A stretch of 64,000 nt of DNA from Phaeosaccion multiseriatum. Taxonomy: Eukaryota; Protista; Ochrophyta, other classes. A program made the translations under genes and the position numbers. The stretch is from NCBI GenBank assembly GCA_965112735.1, contig OZ218958.1, positions 2,542,001 through 2,606,000 of the forward strand, given 5' to 3'. The notes under the pieces are model-generated. The model searched no databases, was not told the origin of the DNA, and saw only the letters and a list, made by a program, of their open reading frames with translations. Shown in pieces: positions 1-22,599 of this stretch; positions within the stretch are counted from its first letter, which is position 1, and every line of letters starts with the position of its first letter.

Positions 1-46
1 CTAGTTTCCCTCTTCCTTACCCTTCTTGCTGCTGTCTGTACGACAG

Positions 47-2167
47 AGTCGCTCGGGGTAGGGGAAGAGCGAGTGTGCTCTCGAGGAAGATGAGTGCAGA
101 GCGGGAGAGGATTGCCGGGAAGGTGCAGGAGTGGTATGACAAAAGAGCTGAGCTGGAGGCTTCGGGCTGGGGAAGCACCAAGGAGGACCTCCTGCTCTTG
201 CTCAAGGCCGTTCTCTGCACCGTCGATGTCGAGGAGCTGAAGCAGAAGGGGTATGGTCCGCTGCACTACCTTGCCGGTGCTGAGAAGAGCAAAGAGTCAC
301 GCTGCTCGGAGGTGAAGGGTTCGAGGATGCTGGAGGGGGTGAAGCTGCTGGGGGAGTGCGGACTGAACCTGGACGCCAAACTCAGCAGTGAGGAGGATGA
401 AGTTGTGCCTGGCGAGATGGCTCTGCACCAAGCTGCACGCAGGGGGCACTTTGACTTGGTGAAGGGGCTAGTGGAGGCGGGTGCGGACGTCAACATCGAG
501 TCGGACGCTGGACGGACACCTCTGCGCCTTGCTGCTCACGCCGGCCACCCCATGATAGTGTGGTACTTGCTTAAGCATGGAGCCAAATGGGAGGGGACCT
601 ACGCCTTGCGCGATGCGGCTCGGGCTGGGAGCCCTTCGAGTGTGAAGATGTTGCTGAAGGCAGGGGCCAATGTATTCGAGAAGGATCTGGATGGAGATAC
701 GGCTGCCCAGAAGTGCTGCATAGGGAGTGACGAGCAGGGCTCGAAAGCAGGGCGGGCCGAGGCTCTGTCTATCTTGCTCAAGAAGGGCGCAGATGTGAAG
801 GTGAAGGACAAAGTTGGCTACACTCTCCTGCTCTTCGCCGCGTACACCGGAAACGAGCAGTGCATCCCCATTCTTGTGGGCAGAGGGCTGCAGGTCGATG
901 CAGTGGACAACGATTTGTGCACGCCGCTCCACTGGGCCTCTTTATATGGACAAGTGGGATGTGTGAAGGAGCTCATTCGCCGCGGTGCCCCCCTTGATGC
1001 TGTGAATGTATATGGTATCACTTCCCTCTTGTTTGCTGTCGTCAGAGGCCACGTAAAGGTTGTGAGCGAGCTGATGCACGCCGATGCCTCTGTTGATGTC
1101 AAGGACAAGAATTCGGTCACCCCACTGCATGTCGCGGCCGCCCTGGGCAGCATCAAGATGGCCTACCTCCTGGTGGAGGGTGGAGCGGCGGTCGATGCCC
1201 TCACCGATGATGGTGAAAGTCCTTTGGTATCGTGCATGCGCCCTGGAGAAGGGAAGATAGCTCGGACGTTGGAGAGGTTTCGACCATCACCAGGAGAAAA
1301 GGAGGCGCGCGAGAAGGTGGCTCGATTCCTGCTGAAGATGGGCACTGCCGTTGACGAGAAGGTTATGAAAGCGGCAGGGGAGGCAGGCTTCAGTGGTGTC
1401 ATTTCCTCTTTCTTCAGGAAAGAACGGGAGGGGCGCAACGCTGCCACTGACAGACTTCACACCGTTTCTACCCACTATCTCTCCACGATGAGCGGTGCTG
1501 AGGATGAGAAGGCTGACAGCACAGTGCGGGTTAGGCTGGTGAACACGCGCAGTGGAGAGAAGGGCGAGAAGCAGTACGTCTTGAATGTCCCTCTGATGGA
1601 GCGGCTGGCGGCGAGGGTCAGTGGGAGAGAGGAGGAGAGAGCGAAGATCTCCACAGCAGGCCAAGCCTCAGCGGCAGGCATTCTTCCGAATATGCTTGAC
1701 CCGAGGAAGCACGGCTACAAGGGGGATGACGAAGATGACAATGGGGAGAAGGGGGCAGGGAAGGGCAAGAAGGAGCTGAAGTATGATGGCGTGGACTTCA
1801 CCGAGGGGGGCTTTGAGGCTGTGGTGCAGTTCGTGACGACGGGCAGTGTGGAGGAGCTGCTGACGAGAAGGCCGCGAGAGGGAGGTACAGAGGGGGGCGC
1901 GAGCAGCAACAGCAGCAGCAGCAGGCGAGGAGAAGGGGGGAAAGCTGAAGGCACTGGCCGGGGCGGCAAGAAGAGGAAGCGTGTGAAACTTTTCGACGAC
2001 CTTCGGGCGAAGCAGCACTGCAAGCCGCAGACTTCTTCTGCTTGGAGGGCATGTCGAGGGAGGTGAAGACGCTGATGGGAGAGTACGGCTTTGAGCTGGA
2101 GCAGAACGAGACTGAGAAGGAGGAGGAAGAAGGGCCATCGCGGAAGAGGAACCGGGCTGACCCCTGA
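47..2167 (+). CDS. Ankyrin-repeat protein with C-terminal BTB/POZ-like domain (probable CUL3 adaptor); 5' end may lie upstream of the window
   Basis: ORF 75..2066 has about 10 ankyrin motifs (GRTPLRLAAHAGH, TPLHWASLYGQ, TPLHVAAALG). These are followed by BTB-like YDGVDFTEGGFEAVVQFVTTG. The BTB end (ALQAADFFCLEGMSREVK...) is in another frame and stops at 2165-2167. A pyrimidine tract plus AG acceptor ends at 46. Confidence 0.8.
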
Positions 2168-2356
2168 GCATCGCCAACCCAAGACTTCACCGACTCGACC
2201 CGGTGGTGGGAGCGAAGAGGTAGAGAGAGCATCCGAGGGATGCGAGGATGGAGACGAGCGATGCATGGGAAGCGTGCGAGGATCGAGCCGGCCTGTGGTG
2301 TGTGCCATGTACCCGTGACGTGAGCGAGGCATTAGGAGGGCCGTGGTGAGCGGAGG

Positions 2357-2387
<31 letters not shown>

Positions 2388-3786
2388 CCTTTGTCACCCC
2401 TAGTCTGATGAAGCGCGAGAGGAGCAGCACTCTTCTTCTTATTTGTTTTATCACTCGAGTTTTGAGTTTTTCGAGTTTTGGGAGAGCTCAGCAAAATGAC
2501 TGTCGGTGGGAGAAGCGCTATAGCTCTTCGTGTAGGTCTTTGAGATGCCTATCGATTTAAGTCTTTCGGCTTTCGTCCCTTTTTCCCCTCCCTACTTGTC
2601 AGCATTTCTGCAAGAGCACTCACCCTTGCCGCCCGATTCCTAAAAAACGGGCGATTTGGGCGATTCTTTTACGCAAATCGAGTGTTTCTACCTAGAAGGT
2701 GCTTTTTTTGCCTTCGAGCCGCTCTCTCGTACCGATTATTTGCTTTTTTTTCTTCCTATAATAAAACTAAGTTAACCATTTGGATTTAACCCCCCTCTTA
2801 GGCTCTACATGGGGCAGTTACTGAGCGGCGGCAAATGCGAGCTCCAACCAGTCTGCGTGTGAGATTGTCTCCCCTCCCTGTCCCCTCTCTGTGAACATTC
2901 GTGGGCGCTACGCTGGCCGACTCACCAACGCGTCAACTTGGAAGCTTGGCGGTCGGGATCAAATGGTCTTTTGTGCCGAGAAGAGACGGAGGAGGAGAAA
3001 GGAGAGAGGTTGACGAGTCGAGGTGTTGCCCATGCTATGGCACCATGAGCGAAGGGGGGGGCATTTGTTTGGGGAAGAACTTGGGTAGTGAAAGAATGAG
3101 ATGAACGAAAAACAATTGATAACATTTATGAAAGAACCACTATACTAGCAAGGCTACCCCTTCGCTCCCTCTCCTCTTTCCTTCGGCTGGGAAGGCGAAG
3201 ATGGGGCAGGAGTGTGCCTTACGTACGTACCGACTTGCATTGCTCGAATCTATCGCTGCACAAATCTTACGTGTCGAGGCCGGAAGGCTGCCCCCCCCTT
3301 CCTTGACTTGCTGCAGCAGCTCAGAGACAGCGAGAGAGAGAGAGAGAGAGAGAGAGGGAGCCCGAGAGTGAGGGGGTTCTGCCTCCCTCTCTCTCACTCC
3401 TCCCTCTCTGCCCCTCCCTCTCACTCCTCCCTCTCTGCCCTTCCTTCTCTCTCTCCCCTCTCTACCGCTCTCCCTCCCTCCCTCCCTCCCTCCCTCCCTC
3501 CCTCCCTCCCTCCCTCCCTTCCTCCCTCCCTCCCTCCCTCCCTCCCTCCCTCCCTCCCTCCCTCCCTCTCTCTCTGTCAATGCAAGTGCAGAGCCCTCCC
3601 CCCCAGCGAAAGCGTTGAGAGGTCCAGCCAGCCATCACATGCAAACACTACAAAGCACCACACCCTCAGCAGGTTTGACAAGTTCGTCAGACAACGACCA
3701 CAAAAGCAGGAGAACAAGGACAGCAAAGCCTCGCCCACGCGCACACACGCAACATCAACAAGCACGCGCGCTCACACACAGCCTCC

Positions 3787-5081
3787 TCATGCAGGCTGCG
3801 CCTTTGGCTCCGCTGCCGCTGCCCCTGCTGCTGCCTCCTCTGATGCCTTTGCCTGGGAAGAAGCCTGTTCTCCCTTCTTTGCCTCCTTCTCTGCGTCAAG
3901 GTAGGCAGCGTTGTAGAACTGCAGCTCGTTCTTGTGTCGCAGTGCCTTGAGGGCGATGGCCTCACATCGGTCTCGGTGGGCATTTGCCTCCTCCAGGGAC
4001 ACCTCCTTCACGTAGCGGATAGGGTTGCCGCCCCTAGACATTGGTATATGATAGGAGGAGGAGGAGGAGGAGGAGGAGGAGGAGGAGGAGGAGAAGGAGG
4101 AGGAGGAGGAGGAGGAGGAGGAGGAGAAGGAGGAGGGGGAGGAGGAGGAGGGGGGGGGGGGGGGCGAGGAAGAGGAGAAGGGTAAAATTAAGTACCAATA
4201 GGAAAAATGATGAAAGACAGGAAACAAAAGACGAAAGAAAACAAAAACGACGACAAGAGGGGTTCGCTACTCACTCTCTCACTCACTCACTCACTCACTC
4301 CTTCACTCACTCACTCACTCACTCACTCACTCACTCACCATTCCTGACACTCGGGAATGACCGTCCCCGCCGGCACCACGCAGCCCGCTTGCACCCTCCC
4401 CCCGTGTCTGACGAAAGCCCCCTCCTCTACCACAGCGTTGTGTCCGATGACGCAGTGGTGTCCCACATCACAGGATGTAAGCACCGCTCCGGGCTCTGTG
4501 GGAAGGGGAAATGTTGGTGATACAGGGGGTGTGGGTGGTTGTAAGAGGGTGGGTGTAGGGGTGTGTGGGTGTGTGTGGGGGGGGGGAGGTTGGAGCGTGT
4601 GTGTGTGTTTGTGTATCTCGCTCTCTCTTCTCTCTCCTCTCCCTCTCCCCTCCTCTCAAGCCCCTCCCTCACCCACCCACACACCCACCCAACCCACCTC
4701 CCCCGCCAAAAACACTGACTCATTCACTTACCGACGATGGTAAAGTCCCCTACCGAGCACTGGGAAGAGAAGCCCGTGTCCACTTTGAGTGACGAGACCG
4801 TGTTGAGCACCGCCTTCTCTCCGATGGAGGTGTAGGCCCCCACATCAACAGTGTTGTTGTCTCCCCGCACCACTGCTCCGTGCCATACAGAGGCCTGTGT
4901 GGGGGTGAGGACGGAGGGGAGAGGGTGAGAGGGGCGAGGGGGTGGAGAGAGTAGGGGGGCACACCATGGTAGAGCGAGGCAGCAGGACGGTACTTATGCC
5001 ACTGCTACTACTACTGCTGCTGCTGCTACTGCTACTACTGCTGCTACTACTCTCCTACTCCTACTGCTGCTACTACTACTA

Positions 5082-5113
<32 letters not shown>

Positions 5114-6023
5114 GCCGCTGCTACTACTACTACTACTACTGCTATTACTGCTGCTACTACTACTACTACTACTACTACTGCTACTACTGCTACTACTACT
5201 ATATACCACCTCCACTAACCCTACTACTAGGAACCCCCCCCCCTTGCCCTCCCCCCTCTCTCCTCGCTCCTCCTGCACCCTACGCACATGGTCGATGATG
5301 CGGACTTGCCCAACAAGGTGTGCGTTGGGTGCCACGAAGGTGTTGTTGTCCTCGTGACTCCTCTGCTCGAACAGGTTCATCACATTGCGAAAGCGCGCGT
5401 CTATGGGGCGGGGAAACCACAGATAATGAGAGTGCATGGGCGGTAAGGAAGCAGGGTCATAAAAGAGGAAAGGAGGAAAAGGGGGAGGAGGAGGAGGAGG
5501 AGGAGGAGGAGGAGGAGGAGGAGGAGGAGGAGGAGGAGGAGGAGGAGGAGGAGGAGGAGGAGGAGGAGGAGGAGGAGGAGGAGGAGGAGGGGGGGGGTGG
5601 GAGTGAAGAGGGTCCGGGGTTGTCAGCGAAAGGATACGGGGCTTGACAAAACAGCAGGAAGGGATAAGGTGCACGGGGGATGGGGCAGATTTGCCCGTAC
5701 GAGTCCTCTCCTCCCTCCTCCCCTCATGCTCTCTCCATTCCCCGTTCTCATCTAGTCTGAAAGAAACGAGAGAGAAGTGATTGGGGATGTTGGGGTTACT
5801 TACAAAGCTCAGGCTCTTTGGCACCCTTCTCGCTTTCGCTGACGGCGTCCGAGCTGCTGTGCCTTCTGCTGCCGCTCCTTGAGACGCTGTGGGGTGAGGG
5901 AACGGGACTTGTCCCTCCTCCTCCTGCTGCTGCTCCTGCTGCTGCCAAGCTCTGCTGCTGGCACTTTGGTGCAAGGCCCTTCGCTACCCTATGCGCCAGC
6001 CGCGGCACAGCCCGAGAGATCAT
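3787..6023 (-). CDS. Gamma carbonic anhydrase-like (left-handed beta-helix) protein, probably a mitochondrial complex I subunit; about 5 exons
   Basis: Spliced translation: MISRAVPRLAHR (Arg-rich presequence) ... ELYARFRNVMNLFEQR ... TFVAPNAHLVGQVRI / ASVWHGAVVRGDNNTVDVGAYTSIGEKAVL / CVIGHNAVVEEGA ... VPAGTVIP / WGGNPIRYVKEV. GT-AG junctions keep the frame where checked. Confidence 0.88.
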
Positions 6024-7306
6024 GGCGCCTCCTCACTCTCCCTCTCCTTGTATATACTCTTCGCTATTGCGTCTCACAGTGAGGCTTTTGGCAGAGGGGC
6101 ACGTAACGTTACGTAATTTGTTTTAATTTCCCATTTCAATTCTTTTTCCTCTCCTCTTCCTCCACTACTTCTTCTCGAGAGACTACAGTTGTACATCATT
6201 TATTCGCAACAGCCCTCGCTCCCCGACCATGTGAACCCCCCTGATCATGGGCTTTCGGAAACCCTCAATGACTTCGTGTGTGTGCGCGTGTGGCTATCTT
6301 CATTTCCCCCCCCCCATTCCTCCTTGCTTTGCCTCTCTCTCTCTCTCAAACACACACACACTCTCTCTCTCTCACACACACACACTCTCTCTCTCACACA
6401 CACTCTCTCTCTCGTGCGCGTGCCTTGCTCTCTTCACCCCTTCTAATCAATCCTCTTCTGACCTCTACAGGGGTGCTCCGAATATTATATTCATCGCGAT
6501 AGCTGCTTCCACAACACATCCATGGTGGCCAAGATGACAAAGGGGTGATGGATGAGTAGGAAGACCACAATACCCCAGTCGTCATCAGCCTCTTCCGCAA
6601 GCAGCTTCAAAAGAAACGAGGGTAGAAACCAGGGTAGTAGAAACCATGGAAACCAGGAAGACGGCAAAGTCGTGAGTGGCTGCCTGGTGGAGCGTGGTGA
6701 AGCAGCCAGAGCTGGGGAAAAGGGTTTCTAGGAGCATGAGGATGGAGATAGTAGAGACAGAGGAGCGATGATCTCATGTATCGGAAAATCGGCCGCAACA
6801 GCAGGGGGGGGGGGGCGGGGGTTGTCCTCCTCCGCCCTCCGCCCCCAAACCCGCCACGCCAGCCAGCCGGGGGTGCTGCACTCGCCTCAGCTCCAGGTCC
6901 CACCACCACATCGCCAACCGCGGCCACCTCGACCCAAGCGTCTGCAGTAGAAGAAGGGGGTGTTCGACTCTTATTACACTGCTCATGGTCACGCTTTGCT
7001 TCGTTCGCCTCTAACTTGAAGACACTGCCACAGCAGGCGCCTTATGCGCTGAGTCGCTCTGAGAATCGGCTCCTGACATGCTTCTGAGACCGGCCAGCCC
7101 AGAAGCAGGAACCGGCCGGCCAGAAGCAGGAACCAGGGTCGCCTCAGAAGTACTGTATGTCAGGGGGGACGATGAGAAATATAACCAACACGCCTACCTT
7201 GGCGACACGTATGTACGTTCTCGAATCAGTTTTTGCTTTGATTATTGTGTTCTCCTCTTAGTGCACCGTAAGCTACTCCTCATCTTTTTCACACCGTCGA
7301 CTCACG

Positions 7307-8983
7307 ATGGCGCCGATCCAGAGCCTTGCCGGCTGCTGCTTCCTGCTTCTCTCCCCTTCTCTCTCGTTCGTGGTTCCACCGACCCGGCCCGTTTTGGGAC
7401 TTGGCTCACCTGTGCAACCACAAGAACGGGGGACCCATCAACAAGGGATCACTATGCGACCAACACCCGTACTTCGCAGCAGCAGCAGCAAGGTGAGCTT
7501 CAGGAATGGATGGAATGGGAGAGTTGAAGAGCAGGGTATTTACATGCATGTGCGCCCCGATCCCTGCTCGCCTGCCCCTGCGATCGTGCCTCTTATGCTC
7601 AGGGATACCTGGAAGATCTGGGCGGCGGCGGGCATGTGTTGACGGGGGAGATGGTGGGGGGCGGCTCAGATAGTCTCGACATGGAACTCGAGGTGGAAGC
7701 CGAAGCAGTGGCAATAATGGCAGCGGCAAAGGTAAATCTCTCACTCAATCTCTCTACCCACCGCACCCTCCTCTTCTCTCTCCCCAAAGGCTGGGCGCTG
7801 GCCCACTTTCTCGCTTCCCGTCCTTCCTCCCCCGTCACTTAATCGCTCTCTCCCTCTTCTCTCTTCTCTCTCTCTCTCTCTCTCTCTCTCGCCCCCTCCT
7901 CCGCAGGCTGAGGTCATGGCCGAGGAACCCGACACATCATCGGGGTCAGAGGACTCCCTTAGCCCCATTGACTCCTTCCTCGTCACAATGGGCTTCAAGA
8001 AGGACCCCAACTTGGCAAAGGACGAGGAGGAAGTGTCCGTAACCGACAAAATCAAGGCAGCAGGCGCCGCCGGAGTAGTGGCCTATGCCTTCACAGAGGG
8101 TGTGTTCTGGTTCGTGAGCCTGCCCCTCGCTGTGGGGGCTTATGTGCAATCCACGGGACATCTTCCGGATTTCGCCGATGCGGCCGACAAGGCGGAGGTG
8201 AGAGCAACACTGCTTCGTGCGTCCCGTAGTGCGGGCCTTTTTGGTCGGCCATTTAGTATGGCCTACCTAACCCTCAACCCTATCTGGCCTTTTCCCACCC
8301 CTCATCCTCTGTATTTGTCTTGTATTCGTGCCTGCGTGCTTGCGTGTCGCCCACTGCCAATCAGCTCGCGGCGTTCAGCTTCGGTTTCTTGACTCTGGCA
8401 CGAGCAGCAGTACCCGCGAGGATCGCATTTGCGCTTGCCCTGGTGGTGAGTAAGAGAAGTCCTTCTTTCCTTGCATAGGAGTACAAGTAGTAGCGGGAGT
8501 AGCAGGAGTAGCAGCAGCACTTGTAGTAGCAGGAGTAGTAGCAGCAGCAGTAGTAGCAGTAGTACAAGCAGTTGCCGGAGTAGCAGGAGTGGCAGGAGTA
8601 CCAGTAGTAGTAGGAGGAAGAGGAGGAGGAGGAGGAGGAGGAGGAGGAGGAGGAGGGAGCGGGGGGGGGGGGGGGGCTCATGAGGCGGGGGGGCACGGTG
8701 GTGAATAGAGGGCTCTGCTGTTGGAGGAATTGATGGGATGGGAGGGGGTTCAGTCGTGGATGCTAGGGTATAGGTATCTACGCTGTGTGCACTTCCTTAC
8801 GCCACCGTGTTGTCTTCTCCCCATCTTTCTCTGTCCCTCCCTCCCTCCCTCCTCTCTCTCTCTGTCTCTCTGCCTCCCTCCCTCCCTCCTCTCTCTCTCT
8901 GTCTCTCTCTCCCTCCCTCTCAGCCCTTCGTGGAGAAGAATGTCCTTACACGCTTCGGCAAGAAGGAGGAGGAGGGGGTATAG
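7307..8983 (+). CDS. Plastid-targeted small membrane protein, DUF1279/FAM210-like; 5 exons
   Basis: The signal peptide ends SLS-FVVP (ASAFAP-type motif). Later exons read KIKAAGAAGVVAYAFTEGVFWFVSL / LAAFSFGFLTLARAAVPARIAFALALV / PFVEKNVLTRFGKKEEEGV*. Phase-0 GT-AG junctions. Confidence 0.7.
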
Positions 8984-9796
8984 GGTTGGTGGTTGGCCAT
9001 CAGCCGAGGAGGAGGAGAAGGAGGCTTAGAGGGATGGTTGGCAATCAGCTAAGGAGGACGGAAGCAAGGAGAGGAGGAGGAGGAGGAGGAGGAGGAGGAG
9101 GAGGAGATACATAGGGCGGAATGGCGAGCAGCCAGGGGGAGGAGGGCAACATGTACATACGGGGCCGGCAAAGGATGCTGATGTGCACCCAGGCGTGTAT
9201 ACTACGCCATTAACGGTTACAGTAACTGTACTGCACATCGTGATAAACAATTGCTTGCAAGAACAAGCAAGTACGTGTGTAGCACGCGCTGTTTTATTTC
9301 GAAGTGATGTAAGGAATATAGGCAACTATAAACAGCAGTCTCTAGACCATCTGTGATGCTATGCTCTACCCTATCATACCAGCCATGCCAAAACACTGAG
9401 GTCGAGAGGAGCTGCAGAGAGCGCTCACATGACGGCCACCGCACTGGGGACGGCGCCGAGCAGAGGGGTAGTGCACAAGGCAACAAACACACCAAGCAGA
9501 CGCACTCGGTGTCAGGACCCCAAGAGGATGAGTGTGTCGTAAGGGTCTGGGGTGGTTGGCCATGCGGTGCCCGTCCGTTGACCAAACCAAACCAAAGAAA
9601 GGGCCTTGAGCCTTGCTATAAATCATACTTTCCATCACCAGACATCATGTCGTTGAAGGTTTTTATCCATTCCCAGACAGTAGTTTAACGTACTTTCCAT
9701 TAACGGACAGTGGTCCAACGTAATTTCCACTACAGTTGGTTTCACGTACGAAACTAAAAGCGCCACTGAGCAACTCAAGAGTGGGAAAATCAGTCG

Positions 9797-19433
<9,637 letters not shown>

Positions 19434-19553
19434 CCGCCACGAGAGCGAGAAGAGCAGAGGGAGAAAAGGAGAAAAAAAACAGAGAGAAAGGTTGGTAGTA
19501 CGCAGAAAACTCTCTCTCACTTCTCTCTTTCTCTGCTTTGCTCAGCCGGTAGC

Positions 19554-22500
19554 ATGCAAAGGACCTTCAGCACTGAGGTAAAGCTCCCTTCCCCCCCTTG
19601 TCCCACACCCGCACAACGCACTCACTCGCTCTGTCTACACATGTCCCCCTCCTACTTTCGCGCTGTTACTTTGCTTCTTGTGGCAGGCCACCCTTCTGCG
19701 GGAAGCTATCATTAGTGGCCAGAGCGTCAAAAAGGTGGCGGCGGCGGTGAGAGCCCTCGTCGCTAAGAACGGAGGGAGGAAGGCATGCTTGGACGAGCCC
19801 TTCGATGAGAGCGGATGGTTTGCCCTGACCAAAGCTATAAATGAAGGCAGGGGTGACATCATGGCTCTTCTGCTGCAAGAGGGGGCGTCGCCGAATGCTG
19901 TAAATCGTGTGCTCGGGGGGACTGTGTTAATGTTCGCATGTACTGTAAAGGATGCTGCTGCTGTTGTACCACGGCTTCTCTCTGCTGGTGCGGACGTCAA
20001 TGCAGTAGCGATAGAAGGACATACGGCTCTCATGGTGGCCTCCCTGCTAGGGACCGTGGTGGTGGTGCGCAAGCTGCTCTCCGCCGGTGCCAGTGTGGAC
20101 TTGGTTGACAGTGCAGGTCGTACTGCGTTGGTCTGTTCGGCACAGGAAGGGCACCATGCAGTGGTCCAGCAGCTGCTGTCAGCCGGTGCGGAGGTCGACA
20201 AGGCAGATTCGGAAGGCTTTACGGCCTTGATATGGGCCTCTGAGAAAGGACATCATGCGGTGGTACAGCAGCTGCTGTCGGCAGGTGCAGAGGTGGACTG
20301 GGCAACGATACAGTGGCGTACATCCCTCCATTCAGCTTCATTTGCAGGACATGAAAGAGTGGTCCAGCAGCTGCTGTCAGCCGGCGCGGAGGTCGACAAG
20401 GCAGATTCGGAAGGCTTTACGGCCTTGGTATTGGCCTCTCAGGAAGGATATCATGCGGTGGTACAGCAGCTGCTATCGGCAGGTGCAGAGGTGGATTGGG
20501 CAACGACAGAGGGGCGTACATCCCTCTATCAAGCCTCATTTGAAGGACATGAAAGAGTGGTCCAGCAGCTGCTGTCAGTCGGTGCGGAGGTCGACAAGGC
20601 AGATTCGGAAGGCTTTACGGCCTTGGTATTGGCCTCTCAGGAAGGACATCATGCGGTGGTACAGCAGCTGCTATCGGCAGGTGCAGAGGTGGACTGGGCA
20701 ACGATACAGGGGCGTACATCCCTCCATTCAGCTTCATTTGCAGGACATGAAAGAGTGGTCCAGCAGCTGCTGTCAGTCGGTGCGGAGGTCGACAAGGCAG
20801 ATTCGGAAGGCTTTACGGCCTTGGTATTGGCCTCTCAGGAAGGACATCATGCGGTGGTACAGCAGCTGCTATCGGCAGGTGCAGAGGTGGACTGGGCAAC
20901 GATAAAGGGGCGTACATCCCTCTATCAAGCCTCATTTGCAGGACATGAAAGAGTGGTCCAGCAGCTGCTGTCAGTCGGTGCGGAGGTCGACAAGGCAGAT
21001 TCGGAAGGCTTTACGGCCTTGATCGCAGCCTCACTTGAAGGACATGAAAGAGTGGTCCAGCATCTGCTGTCAGCCGGCGCGGAGGTCGACAAGGCAGATT
21101 CGGAAGGCTTTACGGCCTTGATCGCAGCCTCTCAGAAAGGACATCATGCGGTGGTACAGCAGCTGCTATCGGCAGGTGCGGAGGTGGACCGGCCAACGAT
21201 AAAGGGGCGTACATCCCTCTATCAAGCCTCACGTGAAGGACATGAAAGAGTGGTCCAGCAGCTGCTGTCAGTCGGGGCGAAGGTCGACAAGGCAGATTCG
21301 GAAGGCTTTACGGCCTTGATCGCAGCCTCACTTGAAGGACATGAAAGAGTGGTCCAGCATCTGCTGTCAGCTGGCGCAGAGGTCGACCAGGCAGATTTGG
21401 AAGGCTATACGGCCTTGGTACTGGCCTCTGAGGAAGGACATCATGCGGTGGTACAGCAGCTGCTATCGGCAGGTGTAGTGGTGGACCGGGCAACGATAGA
21501 CGGTCGTTCATCCCTCCATGCAGCCTCATTTGAAGGACATGAAAGAGTGGTCCAGCAGCTGCTGTCAGCCGGCGCGGAGGTCGATATGACAGATTTCGGA
21601 GGCATTCCGCCCTTATTCATGGCCTCTCAGGAAGGACATGTTGCGGTGGTGGAGCAGCTGCTGTCAGCCGGCGCGGAGGTCGATATGACAGATTCCCAAG
21701 GTGTTACACCCTTGTTAATGGCCTCCCAACAAGGACAACTTGCGGTGGTGCGGCAGCTGCTGTCGGCCGGCGCTGATCCCAACCACTTGGATGACAGAGA
21801 TGGTCGCACCGCCCTGTACGTGGGCGCAAGAATGGGTCACCACAGGGTCACGCAGCTGCTCCTCACCTCCGGGGCAGATGCGAATTTGGGAGGCTCGAAC
21901 GGATGGTTTGCCCTCTATGCTGCAAGCGAACATGGACATGGCCTTGTGGTGGATCAGCTCATCGCAGCCGGCGCGGAACTCGAAAGCCGTAAAGGTGTGC
22001 ACGGGAGAAGTGCGTTGATGATGGCATCGAGGGAAGGGCACAGAAGCATTGTGCGGAAGCTGCTCAGGGCTGGGGCAGAGGTGAACGCGATGAGTGGCGA
22101 CGGTTATGGAGCGATACACTTGGCATCTCAGTTTGGCCATGCTCGCGTCGTGGAGGAGCTCATCTCAGCAGGTGCTGACGTGGAGGTGGTGAATGCTGAC
22201 GGGCACACAGCTTTGTTGCTGGCTGCTGATAGTATAGAGGGTCATGAGGCAGTGATCCGTGTTCTCCTGTCTGCGGGGGCTGATCCTGACCATGAGGGCA
22301 CTATCAACGCTGGAACGCCCTTGTTTTGTGCAGCACGGCAGGGCCACAGCGGGGCGGCGCTGGAGCTTCTCTCAGGAGGGGCATCACTGGCAAAGGCTCT
22401 GACAACAGCACAAGAGCATCGCGATGAAGCATCTGTTGAATTCCTCCTGGCCGCGGACAGACATCTCTTTGCGTCACAAAGCGCGTTGGACCTGATGCGG

Positions 22501-22599
22501 GGCACTGACCGTCTGTTCGGCAAGGAAGGGAGGCTGAAGGTGTATCAGAGAGAGGTTAGCCCAGAGGTGCTGCAGGAGGTGGCGGAGGAGATGGCATGA
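19554..22599 (+). CDS. Tandem ankyrin-repeat protein, paralogue 1 (14 highly conserved 33-aa units plus divergent caps)
   Basis: Exon 1 19554-19577 encodes MQRTFSTE. Intron 19578-19686 is GT..AG. Exon 2 is in frame with ORF 19678..22599. The 99-bp units span 20194-21579. Confidence 0.92.

Noticed and set aside
1935-1948. GGGAAAG as a programmed -1 frameshift site for the BTB tail
   Set aside because: It is in the wrong codon phase, and the -1 frame hits TGA immediately.
6190-7250. Short ORFs and a splice-acceptor-like site between the gamma-CA and plastid genes
   Set aside because: No coherent reading frame or recognisable domain; possibly non-coding or decayed.
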